Below, piece after piece: positions 44,631 through 59,324 of a stretch of 64,000 nt of DNA (position 1 is its first letter; each line of letters begins with the position of its first letter). The translations under genes were made by a program, and so were the position numbers. The stretch comes from the human T2T-CHM13v2.0 reference genome, Homo sapiens: the NCBI RefSeq assembly GCF_009914755.1, contig NC_060930.1; one strand, written 5' to 3'. The notes below the pieces were generated by a model that did not search any database, was not told the origin of the DNA, and worked only from the letters and a program-made list of their open reading frames with translations.

Positions 44631-45114
44631 TGAGGGAAGAGAGACCCTCTCATATTGTTTTATATTGTTTTATACTCAGAAAAGGAAAGAGAAGCAAAAC
44701 TAAAGGCAGGTAGCCTGGCGCCTAGGAACCAGACCCGAAACCAAGGAACCAGACCTGAAACCAGGCCTGGGCCTGCCTGACCTAAGCCTGGTAGTTAAAA
44801 TTCCACCCTTGACCTAGCAACTGATGTTATCTATAGATTATAGAAAGACATTGTAAAACTTCCCGGTCTGTTCTGTTTCACTCTAACCACCGGTGCATGC
44901 AGCCCCTGTCACGTACCCCTGTTTGCTCAGTCGATCACGACCCTCTCACACGGACCCCCCCTTAGAGTTGTGAGCCCTTAAAAGGGACAGGAATTGCTCA
45001 CTCAGGGAGCTCGGATTTTAAGACACTAGCCTGCTGATGCTCCCAGCTGATTAAAGCCACTCCCTTCACTATCTTGGTGTCTGAGGGGTTTTGTCCGCAG
45101 CTGGTCCCGCTACA
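44631..45114 (+). promoter_or_regulatory. 3' LTR (LTR2-family); poly(A) signal ATTAAA at 45050
   Basis: Direct repeat of 39168-39642. Confidence 0.9.
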
Positions 45115-45147
45115 GTGAGATGGGAAATTTTTTAAATTACATTTTTA

Positions 45148-45565
45148 GGCTGGGTGCAGTGGCTTACTCCTGTAATCCCAGCACTTTGGGAGGCCAAGGC
45201 GGGTGAATCACTTGAGCCCAGGAGCTGGAGACCAGCCAGAACAACATAGCAAGACCCCCATCTCTAAAATAAAATTTTTTTAATTTTTAAAAATTACATT
45301 TTTATATTATCTTATTAGTATATGCTCACTGAGGAAGAAAACATTTCAAGCAATACAGAAATGAATATAAATAAAATGTTAAGGTTCTTCTCACCTCCCT
45401 GTTACTCATAGTTGCTAGAGGTGATCATTTGAAAACGTGGTAGGCTGGGCGTGGTGGCTCACACCTGTAATCCCAGTACTTTGGGAGGCCAAGGAAGGCT
45501 TACTTGAAGCCAGGGGTTCAAGACCAACCTGGCAACATAGTGAGACCCCATCTCTGCAAAAAAAA
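45148..45565 (+). repeat. Two Alu monomers (FLAM-like; 45148-45275 and 45443-45565)
   Basis: Left-arm-only elements ending in A tails. Confidence 0.85.
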
Positions 45566-46504
45566 ATTTTTTTTAAGTAACTGCCTTTTAATAGCAAAAT
45601 AATACCATCCTAATCTAACCACAGAGTTAAAAAAGAAAGAAAGTGTGGTGTATATGATTCAGACCATTTGTTATCTTTATACAAAAGTGACTATGTGAAA
45701 TTCTTTGTTTGTATTTAAGCTAACGTGGGATTATATTTTACAAAGTTTTTGTGAACTTGCATTTTGTATTTGCCTTGTCTATAGAGCACAGATACAATTT
45801 TATCTTGGTCCTTAAAATCTAGCTAAATATCCCATAACTCATTTTTTCCTTCTCCAGGATTTCTGTTATAAATTATGCTTCTGTGGACATTCTGTACATG
45901 TGTTCTTAAATACTTATAAAAGTATGTCTGTAAAAAAGATTGATAGAAAGTAGAATTAGCGGGTCAGAGTGTATGTGCATGTCTAGATCTAATGGGTGGA
46001 GCTAAATTGCCCTCCCTTAATGGTGAAGAGAAGTATGCTCTTCTCCATACCTTCCCAACATGGTGTATTATCAGTCTTTAATGTTTTCCACCATGTTAAG
46101 CAAAAAACGTGCTATTTGTCATTGAAACTGAGCAACTTACCTTATTGATTAGTGTTATATGTTTAGTCTATGAGTTGCCTGTTTTTTTCTATTTTTCTAC
46201 ATAGAAATTAGTGGTAGTGGAAACACTTTGTGTAAATACCTATAATACTTGGCCAAAGTAGTACTCAGAGGAAAGTTTATATTCTTAAATTCATTTGTTA
46301 AACAACAAGAAAGATTAAAATTTAACCAAAAGACAGTAGCAGAGAGTAACTAATAGATTGTTAGGGAATTATTGAGATAAAAGCAGATAGTATATTGCTG
46401 ATATTTTATGTTATGTGTGCTACACCTTAGTGAAAGAAAGAAAAGTAAAAGTAAAGAAACCAAAAGGAGAGACTTGATCATTAAAATGAATTTGTATTTT
46501 TTTA

Positions 46505-47827
<1,323 letters not shown>

Positions 47828-47889
47828 TCAAATTAAGAGATTTTAAAAATTAATAATAAGATGATTTATAGGAATAAGTTTTATGTGGT

Positions 47890-48085
47890 TAATCAGAGTT
47901 GCTGCCATCCCCTGGGAGCATTTAGAATTGTTTTGGGGGCGTTTTGGTCCATCACAATGACTGGTTAAGGTGGGGTTGCTACTGGCATTTTGCGCCTGGG
48001 GACCAGGAATGCTAAGCATCCTGTACTATGCAGGACAGTCCTTCACAGTGAGTAATTTTCCTACCCAGAAATGCCATTTGTGCCT
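47890..48085. mobile_element. hAT-Charlie fossil (MER3/MER20-like)
   Basis: tcacaatgactgg...gttgctactggcattt...ggaccaggaatgctaagcatcctg...gcaggacagtcc. Confidence 0.65.
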
Positions 48086-49028
48086 ATAGAAGAAACAAAA
48101 GCTGGCAGAAGTGGAAAGCCTTAATAGATCTATGAAGTAGAAAGCCCATCCTCCAAAAAGACACAAGGCCCATGTGATTTTATGGTAGTTTTATTTAACT
48201 GGGTATTCCTGTTGAATTATTTCAAAAGTAGAAAAAGTCTTCTGAAATCATCATACAGGGCAAGCATAACCAAGAGCAGTGATTCCTGTTTTGTATAGCG
48301 TAGTCATTTATTTCTCTTTCATGTTTAACTCTTTGCTCGCTGGATGTTCTGGACATATTACCACTTGGAGAAATAGTGGACAACTTTCCATGTTTGATAG
48401 TAAATGGGAATGTAGCCAAGAGCTCTAAAAGCCATCTTGTTCTTTGTGGTGCTTTTTTGTAGCATCCACTAATAGTGCTTGGGTCCAGGTGAAGTGGTAC
48501 TTAACAGAGGACAATCATGAATGATTATCTGAAGACAGTGATACATGTGGACTTTCTGGCGTGCAGTTACACTTCAGAGGTTTTTGAGATTAAGTCAGTA
48601 TTTCTGAGAGCTACGCATTTGAGTCTGTGCACAGTTTGTGCATGAGTATGAAGACCTTAATCCTTCCAAAGGGGAGGAAACGGTTTTTAGCTTCTACCTC
48701 TACTCCTACATCAGAGTACCAATTCCTTAGCCTTTGGGGAATTCTGGAGTGTAAATCTTGGCTTTTCCCTTTGCCAGTTTTGGATTGTTTTCTCAGGTGT
48801 GCTTCCGTCTGTAGTCCCACTTTTACTGTTGGTTTAATGAGATTTCAGGAAGAAGAGAAAATAGGTACCTGTGTTCGATCTATCATCTTTACCAAGAAGT
48901 CCAGGCTAGATTTTCAAAATAAATACCCAGGAGTATGTTTGGATGCTTTTTCCAAAGGGAAAACATATCAATGAGACAGTTTGACAATTAAGCCTTATCT
49001 TCAGCAGCTTCCTCTTCTCTCGCCATCT

Positions 49029-49313
49029 TTTTTTTAAATAGACAGGGGTCTCGCTCCATTGCTAGGTTGGGGCACAGTGGCACAGTCATAGCTCCCTGCA
49101 GCCTCAAGCTCCTGGGCTCAAGCAATCCTCCCTCCTGCCTTAGCCCCCTGAATAGCTAGACTAAAGGCATGTGCCACCATGCCCAGCTAAAAGTGTTTTT
49201 TAGAGATGGGTTCTCACTGTATTGTCCAGGCTAGTCTCAAGCTCCTGGCCTCAAGCAATCCCACCTCAACCTCCCATGTAGCTGGGGTCACAGGCACAAG
49301 CCACTGCACTGGA
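49029..49313 (-). repeat. Alu (AluJ-like)
   Basis: Diverged reverse dimer. Confidence 0.9.
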
Positions 49314-49599
49314 CTTTTCTCACCTTCTTGCATTAGAGGAGCTCCTGCACAAAGTCCTGCTGAATAACTGTCTTCTTATTATTAATTTAGGTTTCTGAGT
49401 TGGAATAGTTCAATTTTCTTTCCATTGTGGAACAAGTCCAAGCCTTATGAACTGTGCTTCTAAGTTTTCCTCCACCATATGTATTGACAGCCATTTATAT
49501 ACATGTATATTATGCATTTATATATATGAGACATATGTAAAGTAACTGAAAGATGACAGAATATGTTAAATTCATATAAAAGTGATTTTGGTGTCCAAA

Positions 49600-50427
49600 A
49601 GAGGGATAAATTATGTCAGTGTAAGAGATCATGGATGGCTTTATTAACGAAATCACACTTGAGCTGAACCCCTAGATAGAGTTATACCTGATAGGCAGAA
49701 GTAAGGAAGGAGAGAGCATTCCAGGCAGGAGGAGTGGCATAGACAACAGTGAGATGATGGGAGGAGATAGAGAGAACATGTCTGGAGAATGGTAAGAGTA
49801 ATCCGGTTTGGCTGGAACAAAGGGAACTTGTCATAGAGCATTGGATCTCCACCGTCAGTGTTTATTCCCGAGACAATGCAGTGTTGTTGAGGCTTTTTGA
49901 ATCCGGCGACAGGACAGGAGCCACGCTTCACAAATATACAATTGTGGACTCTTAGATTGGTTAGACTGGGAGAGACTGGAGGCGGGAATGCCCTAAAGTC
50001 AAGAGACTTCACAGAGTCTCTCCAAGGTAATTGGAGCCCAGACTAGAGGGGGAGTAGGAAGTTATAGGAAGGGAGGTATGAATGGGAGAAGTATAGAAGA
50101 AGCAGAATTAACAGGACCATGGAACAAAATGTATAGGAATGAGGAGAGGAATTTGAGGATGATTCTGAGGTTTGAGCTTGGTTAATTGAGAAAATAATGT
50201 ACAACTAACAGAAATAGAGAATTGAGGGAGGGGGCATGTTTGAGGGATGATGTTAAATCCGGTTTCAAATGTGTTAAGTTTGAGGTGTTTTAGGTACCAG
50301 AGAACATCCAAGTGAAGATACTTCATAAACACTTGGAAATATGAGTCTGATGAGAGATGTGAAGGTTAGAAATACAGATTTAGGAGTCATCCAAGTTGAG
50401 GTGATTCTTAACGTTAAAGAGAACCCA
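49600..50427 (-). mobile_element. L2 fragment
   Basis: Purine-rich L2 text (gagaggaatttgaggatgattctgaggtttgagcttgg; aatacagatttaggagtcatc). Confidence 0.7.
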
Positions 50428-50988
<561 letters not shown>

Positions 50989-51084
50989 TTTTTTTTAAAG
51001 AGTAGAGCTTATGTTTAGAGGCACAAGGGGAAAGAAACATAGGAAGATAACTGGGACAATGCAATATCTTAGGAGCTAAGGCTG

Positions 51085-51455
51085 AATGTGACAGAAAACC
51101 CTCAATAACTCTGGTTGAACAAGATAGAAGTAAAGAGTGCTGGGCTCAACAACAGTTCATGACCATTAAGGACCCAGTCCCTTTCTGCCATCTCATGGTT
51201 CAAGATGGCTATCCAAGTTCAAGGCATCAGCATGGGAAGGAAGAAAGGGGAGAATGGCACTTTAAAGATAGTTCCCAAAAGTTACACATGCCACTTTCAC
51301 TTATAACCCACTGGCCAGAACTTGGTCATGTGTTTACACCTTGCTACAAAGGAGGTGGGAAATAATTGTCTTTATTCTAGGTGGCTGTGAACCTGTCTAA
51401 AAGTCCCATAACCAAGGAAGGAAGGGGAGAGTGAGTACTGGGGGCAATGGACAAA
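51085..51455. mobile_element. MLT1-like (ERVL-MaLR) LTR remnant
   Basis: tgtgacagaaaaccc...atggttcaagatggct...ccactggccagaacttggtcatgtg...ttgctacaaaggaggtgggaaat. Confidence 0.6.
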
Positions 51456-51769
51456 CAGTATCCATTGATCTAGAAAGAGCTAGAAGGATGAAAACTAGAA
51501 AAAGGGTTAGGCAGTTAGAAGGCCATTGGTAAAGCCTAAATGGGGTCTAATTTCTAAGGTAGGAGAGAAGTGATGAAATTACCCCCCAATTTTTACATGG
51601 TGTTGAGAGTAGTCATTAAAAAAGTTTGATCTGTCTTCTCGGGAAATTGGTGTGATTGTCCTCCAAAAAGTGCAGGTGCTGTGGGTAAAGATGATGGCTT
51701 AAAGAGAGCAGAAGAGATGAGGAAATCGATCTTACATAGTTTTCAAGAGATGAATGAAAAGCTCACTGA

Positions 51770-51970
51770 GCCTGGTAATCAAGCTGGCATTTGAATTATT
51801 GCTCTAGCACTTACTGGATGGTGACTATTATTTAGGGAATCATTTAACTTCTTTAAGCCTCAGTTTCTACATGTAGAAGGGATACTAATTCTTACCTCAT
51901 GGTTGTTGTGAATATTAAAAAGAAAATGCTTGGCATAGTGTCTGGCACAGAAGGAGTAGTACTCAATAAG
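51770..51970 (+). mobile_element. MIR
   Basis: tcatttaacttctttaagcctcagtttc...tacctcatggttgttgtgaatattaaa. Confidence 0.75.
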
Positions 51971-52624
51971 TAGTAGCTGTTGGAAGCCAGCTGAGTTAGG
52001 TGAATTGGTAGAGGACTCAAGTCAGTTGTTTCTTGAGTATTTAAAAGGGCTCAACATTCCAGCAACTGGAGAAGAGAAAGCAAATGGCTATGAATACCCA
52101 CTACAAGAACTGGCAGAAGATCAAGGGGAGCAAAGACAGCAAATGTGCTATTAAATTAGGCATGGTTAGAAATCGTGGCTGGTTGGAAGCTGATCCAGGC
52201 AAAGCTGGTATATTGAAAACTAGGGAAGTTTGGGGGCCAGAGGTCAGAGGTCCAATGACAGGTAGAGAACAGACGCTTTAGGAGTTCAAGAAGAAGGGGG
52301 AGATGTAATGAGGTAATCAAGACCAAGTCAATGTGAAACAGTCTGAAGTCCCAAAGCTGGGCTATACCTATGGGCCCCAAGGTGAGTACAGATGGCTCCT
52401 AATCTGAAGATTCTCCACTGTGCTATTACATGTAATCCCAAACCAAACTTATAAGAATACTGGCCTTCCCTGGCATTTGAGTTTTATTCTGCCTCTTTAA
52501 AAGGGCTACTCAGAATAAATCAGTCTCCTTTGCAGAGTCAGGAGAAGGGAAACCAGCCTCTCTGTGCAGTGTTAGCATGATGAGCTAAGAGTTCAGAAAT
52601 GACTGTAAATGAAAAATGGTGATA

Positions 52625-52845
52625 ATGATAGCAGCTATCATTTACTGAATGCTTCCCACGGGCCAGCTGCCATGCTGATTTCCTTTATGTTGATTATGTC
52701 ATTGTATATCTTGTGACAGATCTTCAGGGTAGGGGCTATTTTTGTCCCTGTTTCAGAGCTGAGGAAGAAAAGGTTAGGTATTGGAGCTGAGACTTAAACC
52801 CTAGTGTGACTGAATCCAAAGCCTGTACTTTTAACCATGAGGCTA
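52625..52845 (-). mobile_element. MIR
   Basis: agctatcatttactgaatgctt...gaatccaaagcctgtacttttaacca. Confidence 0.65.
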
Positions 52846-53796
52846 AAACCATTTCATCAAAAGCCTTTCTGCTATTCATGTTCTTAACATCATAGAACTG
52901 GTAGGGACTATAGAGAGGTCCTTTAATCACAGATTCAAACTAGCCTAAATCCCAAAGCCCTGGAGAATGCATCCCAGGCATTCATTTTTTGAAAGAGACC
53001 TAGAGAGGAAAAGTCACGGGGCTGGAACTAAAACATGGGCTTCTTGAATCCCTGTCTAGCTCTTATTCTATTTCTCAGGTTGCCGTGGACCAAAATGAAC
53101 TCTCAGTCTATTTGTCTTATCAAATTGCAGTCTTCAGCAAGTGTCTGAATAACTTGGTCAGGACCTTCCTTCCAGGAAGAGCCTGGTGACCCTCTGAAAG
53201 CAGCCATGTACTTGGGAGTTCTCCTGCACACCCATGGTTTTTGATGCTCACTATAGTGACTAGGCAGCTGGAGGATTCCAATCCTAATGATACGGAGAAC
53301 ACAAAACAATATGAGACACTGGGTCCCCCAGCCTTCTTCTCTGGGCCTGAGGGGAGATTTGAATTAGCAACTCCTCACATGAGCTGCATTCTTCAGCCTT
53401 AATTTAAGTGGGCAGAGGTGAATGAAAATGTGTAAATGTTGAAGTGTTATTATTCAAAAGCCCTTGAGATCCCATAGCTCATCGTAGTAATTAAAATGCA
53501 GCACAGAAGACCCCTTGCTTCAGTAGCTCACAGGGTATAAGGAAAATGAATGAGGATCACAAGTTGATGGGATTGGGAATTAGCATGCTGGTGTGCCATA
53601 TTGAGTAGAACAGCTGGCCTCGATGTATGGGTAGCATAAGAAACAGGCCTCCCTCCCTGTGTGCCACTATCTCCTTGTTTCTCTCCTAGAAGGGCAGACT
53701 GTGGGGAGGGCAGAGCTCGGGGAACATGGGAAGTAGTGTAGGAGAAAGGCCTAAGGGTCTCTTCTGCAACTTCACTAGTCCCTGGGCGTGAGGTTT

Positions 53797-54398
53797 GTTG
53801 CCCAGGGTGGTCTCTAACTCCTGAGCTCAAGTGATCCTCCTCTCTCAGCCTCCCAAAGTGCTGGGATTACAGGCATGTACTGCCACACCTGGCCCTTCTC
53901 TGCCTTTTCTAATGTATTTTTACTTCTCTGTAAGCCTGACAAGGTCTTATTTCTCCTTCAGTGCTCAGCTCGAAAGCTACCTCTTCTGAGAAGCCTTCTG
54001 GTTCGAAGTAATCAGGCTTTCCTTTTTGTCTGCCAAGCATATGATTTATGCCTGTCTTAAAGCATCTATTGAGGCAGACTTGGTGTCTTTATTTTTTTTA
54101 TTTTTTATTTTTTGGTGAGACAAGGTCTCGCTGTGTCTCCCAGGCTGGAGTGCAGTGGCATGATCACAGCTCACTGCAGCCTTGAATTCCTGGACTCAAA
54201 TTATCCTCCCATCTCAACCTCCCAAGTAGCTGGGACAGCAGGTGTGCACCACCACACCCAGCTAATTTTTAAATTGTTTATAGAGATGAGGTCTCGCCAT
54301 GTTGCCCAAGCTGATCTTGAACTCCTGAGCTCAAGCAATCCTCCCACCACAGGCTCCCAAAGCGTTGGGATTACAGGCGTGAGCCACCACACCCGGCC
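53797..54398 (-). repeat. Partial Alu (53797-53894) and AluJ (54088-54398)
   Basis: Reverse Alu text. Confidence 0.9.
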
Positions 54399-56018
54399 TC
54401 TTTATCCTCATATCCACCTGGGTGCCTCCTGAGGACAGACACTTCATACATTTGTCCATGGGATGAGTGGTTACAGTGACAGTTCTGGGGCCTGTCTCAG
54501 AGTTTCTCACTTCAGCCCTCTCACCATATTACCTTCTGTCCCTTCCTTCTGCTGTTCAGAGTTATAAGGATGGTGAAGGTAATGAATGCTTGTGAAGTGC
54601 TTTATATCTTACAGAGTACTTTCATGTACCTTATCTTTGATGATCCTTGTGACAGACCTGTGAGGAACGGAGAAGTAGTTGGTCTCATCTGTGAGCAAAG
54701 TGTGTTGTAACGGACCCTGTGTGGAGGATAATAACAATTTCAACATCTATTGAGAGCGTGGCATGTGCTAGACACGGTTCTTAATGCATTACACGTATAA
54801 TTTAATTACCGCAACAATCCCCCAATTAAGATCCCAGAATTGCACAAAGAAGTGATTTGCTTAAAAACTGCTTCTTGATCAGTATATTCTATTGTTAGCA
54901 CCTTGTCCCTAAGAGACCTTATATTATCCTTACTTTGCAGAAGGAAGAAACCATTGAGTAATTCTTTTCCCACCCATTGATCTGCCAAAAAAAACTCATC
55001 TTGGCCTTGGATGTAGTTTTTAATGGGAACAAGAACACCAGCCTTAGGGTCTTGGATCTCGGCAAGCTTTTCAGATACCAAAGTGTCTTTCTTAGGAATT
55101 GCCTGGCTAAGTCATATGATTATAAGAATTTCTTTCCATCATTTCTTATATTCCACAAAATATTGGTGGATTGTGGTTTCTCTAATAGGATTATGACCCT
55201 CAGAGATTCTTCCTCCACATATTTCCTTCCTCCGTAAGTTTCCATTCTTTCCTTCTACCCACTTCCTTCCCCTTGGCATGTGTCTGGTATTGAGCCCTTG
55301 GCATCTGTCTCTCTTTCATCATTGATAGCTAGCATGAATGGGTGGCTGTTTCACAGGGCCTGCATTGTTGGCTCCCACAGCAGCAGTTAGAACATTCTCT
55401 GTGGCCTGGGTTCTGAGGTCCACCCAGGCAGTGTGAGCCAGGCTGGCCCCCAGTTCTGAGCTGTGGTGTTTCCTTTCATTGTTGGTGCCTTAGCTCCCAG
55501 TTGTTAAATATGAAGCTGGAAGTTGATACAAAGCAGTAGAAGCCTGTGCTCCTTTTACCAAAGTCATCTTGCATTCAAATATAGTCAGAGGGACATTGTA
55601 CCTTGGGCCAGGATCTGTAGGAAGTCGGCTATTAGAATGTGGTCCCAGAGATGGCAAATTTTACAGCCTGATTAACTCTCCCCATCAGCTTCTCCTAGGA
55701 AGTACTATTGACCTGAACCACATTAAATGGTCATGTGTCATCCTCACTGTAGCCCCACCATGCAACATCACTGGGTAGCTTTGTTCTGGCTGCCAGTTGT
55801 TATATGTAATATTCGTAGCCATGAGTCGTGGCTTCCTGGGGCCTTGGTTAAGCTATATGAAACTCTTATGTAATCAGCATTCCTTCTTCCCTAGAGAAAG
55901 GATTCAAGTTTTTCAGGGTTTGTTCATTGCTCAGGACCTGACCTTTAAGTTGAGTTGAGGTGTGAAAGTCCCAAAGTGGTCAAGTTTGAAAGTCCCAAAG
56001 TGGTCAAGTGTAGAGGAG

Positions 56019-56394
<376 letters not shown>

Positions 56395-58275
56395 CTAATT
56401 GGCTGCCCCTGGCCACTTCTCTAGACTCGTGAAAAGCTGAACAGACTGTGGAGACTGAACTGCTCTTCTGGAGCTGGGAGGGGAGAGGGGGCGATGGGAG
56501 AACTGTATCCCTGCTCAGACCTCAGCGAGTTGGGCTCACTGTGAGAGCTGGTTGTTGAGACATTTCTTAAAGGCTGTTTTGAAAAAACCACTGTTGCAGG
56601 AGAGTAGCGTCATGCTTGGGCATTGGAGACTGTGTTTTAGTACATTGTGTTTATAAAGCACTGCTCATTTTGCACCCCTCCTCACCTGGCTACCCTCTCC
56701 AGTTGCAGAACTGAACCTCAAGAAGGGGCTTTGGGCCTTCAGGCATGCTGATGAGGGAGAGTGGGTGCTGTGTAGACAGCAACAGGAGAGGTACCCAGGC
56801 AGGCATCTCACATCCCTAAGGGGGAGAAGTGTGCCATCATGACATGGTGGAGACCTGGATTCTCATCACTATCATGACATTAAAGGGATTTTTAAGTATC
56901 ATGCAGCCCAGCCCAGTCACTTTAGACACTGAGGCCCAATAAGATGAAATCACTGCCAAGGCCACACAGCTAGAGAACAGCTCAGCCAGGACCAGAGCCA
57001 GATCTTCAGGCTTCTAGGTTGAAGTCTTCTCCTGCACCACCTGGGGTAACCACTAAGACTCCTCATCTGTAAACATAGTTGACCCTTTTGGTTCTAAGAT
57101 TCTCTGAGCTCATGAATAGTTCTTGAGAGTTTTGAGCAAACTAGGGAATTGTTTGGTATAGGTGCAATAGATCCCACTTATAGAGAAGGTTAAGTTGAAT
57201 ATTATGGAATGTGAGCTAGTGCTGGACATAGTGTTATTTACTCTGATGATGTGGGTTAAAATCTTTAATGGGGCTGAGTTCATGCAAGGAAAGCCCCTGG
57301 GTGTGCCAGTGTAGTGCTGATGTTAGATTCTGATTTGGCCAATTATTTATGCTACTTCAGGGCGAGGTATTTGAGTGTACAGTAGTAGCTGGCCTCATGA
57401 GCTAGTAGTGTCAGATTTCTAGGATGTTAGGGAAGTCTCGAGAGAACTGCAAATGTCTCCTGGCATTGACAAATTAGACCATTTTGTTTTCAGTGGATCA
57501 ACTAAGGTTAAACTTAAACAAATATGAGCAGCTGGGAGATTTTGGAAGAAGCAAGATGTGCACATTCTCAAAAAAAAAAAAAAAAAAGAGAGAGAGAAAG
57601 AAAAGTCTGTGCTCCCTGAGGAAGGAAGGATGAGGCGTGGAACTCGGAATGGCCCCCTCCGAGGAAGGAAGCAGTTATTTCTCTGCCGTTTTGTTTCTGT
57701 TAAGGAATTCCAGAAGTTGCAGGTTGTGGATCATGACCTCTTTTTTTTTTTTTTTTTTTTCTGTTGCTGCTTGCCAGAGGAAGGGAGGGCGGGTGGCCTT
57801 TAAATAACACTTTGGCCTTTATGGAAATGTATCAGATGTTCCAGGAGTGGGTCTCCCTGCTCGCGCTTGCTCACTGGTGCTCTTACTTTTGCTTCATGTT
57901 CACTCACTCTGTCCTGACTTGTGTCCTTTCTCTAGGTTATACTTAACACTCTTCTCGCCTTATATAGCAAGGTCTGGTCGTTAATGTTAACAGAAATCTA
58001 ACAACAGGGAAGGCTGCCAGATAGCATTAATCAGGCCAGTGTTTGGAATTTCATAAATGCTCTGACTTTGGGTACAAATTGAACATTAAGAACAATATGA
58101 AAACTGTCTTCCTTCCTCTCTCTTCTTCTCTCCTCTCCCCGTCCCCAGCCTATCCAGTTTCTCTCTCTGTTTCTCTGTGAATTCCTCTGCTTTGCCATAT
58201 GCTTGCTGCATTGGAACTTTGTTGATTTTTGCCACGTTTAATTTTTTATTTCTCTGTCTCTCCGTCCACTCCAAG

Positions 58276-58862
58276 ACCACAGGCGGAGCAGCAGCAGCCG
58301 GAGCCAGGACTCTGCGGAGGGGCAGGACGGGCAGGTCCCAGAGCAGTTCTCAGGCCTCCTCCACGGCTCCTCCCCGGTGTGCGAGGTGGGGCAGGACCCT
58401 TTCCAGCTGCTCTGTACCGCTGGCCAGAGCCATCCAGACGGGTCCCCCCAGCAGGGCGCCTGCCACAAGGCCAGCATGCAGCTGGAGGAGACGGGTGTGC
58501 ATGCTCCTGGAGCCTCCCAGCCCAGTGCCCTGGACCAGAGCAAGAGAGTGGGCTACCTCACAGGCCTGCCCACCACCAACAGCCGCTCGCACCCTGAAAC
58601 TTTGACTCACACAGCATCTCCGCACCCTGGTGGTGCTGAGGAAGGAGACCGGAGTGGGGCCAGGAGCCGAGCGCCTCCCACTAGCAAACCCAAAGCTGAA
58701 CTCAAACTCAGCCGCAGCTTGTCCAAGTCTGACTCTGATCTCCTGACCTGCTCACCCACAGAGGACGCTACCATGGGGAGTCGGAGTGAGTCCTTATCCA
58801 ACTGCAGCATTGGGAAGAAAAGGCTAGAGAAGTCACCCTCCTTCGCCTCGGAGTGGGATGAG
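58276..58862 (+). CDS. ANKS1A: ANKS1A coding exon 11 (587 nt): [13 protein letters not shown]...[27 protein letters not shown]
   Basis: Acceptor ctccaAG (AAG type); donor GAG|GTAAGG; phase 1-0, open throughout; includes the RSES and KSPS phospho/14-3-3-type motifs (S647 and S663 by my numbering). Confidence 0.94.
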
Positions 58863-59324
58863 GTAAGGCCGACATGACGTCACAGGGAGCTGGGCTGGCC
58901 AGGCTGGCCGCAGCCCACCACAGCTCCCGTGAGTGCCAACTCTCAGGCCCAGGATCTGGGCAAGGTTGCTCTGGTTCCTTCACTCCGTAACTAATGTATT
59001 TCTGACAATCGTAAGAAGAGGCGAGCCTCAGGTAGTCTGGATCACAGAGGACAGGTCCTTAATGGTTAAATTAGAGGGTGGAGGCCCCAGCAGAGCAGGG
59101 CTGAGGGAGGGGCACTTTCTAGAAATGACATGCTGTTTGGAAATATTTGGATCCCATCAGCCCCATTGAGAGAATCATGCTCACCCTGGAGATGCTTAAG
59201 AGCTGGAGTACTTCCTATGAGTCCTTCAGGAGAAAAAGAGAAGATCCAGGGTTAGTTGAGAGGTGTGAGGGGTGTTTAGGGGAGGACAGGGTAAGTCTGG
59301 GGGGAAAGCTGCTGAAAGGGGGCT

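Larger units (their letters stand above)
39168..45114 (+). mobile_element. Two-LTR class I endogenous retrovirus, Harlequin/HERV-E type (LTR2 family), defective and mosaic
   Basis: Direct terminal repeats TG...CA of 475 and 484 bp; tRNA-Glu PBS; PPT; gag-, pol- and env-like remnants; flanks GTGG/GTGA (imperfect 4-bp TSD). Confidence 0.93.

Noticed and set aside
58177-58625. Overlapping alternative-frame and antisense ORFs over exon 11
   Set aside because: Expected in GC-rich coding sequence; non-AUG starts and no independent support.
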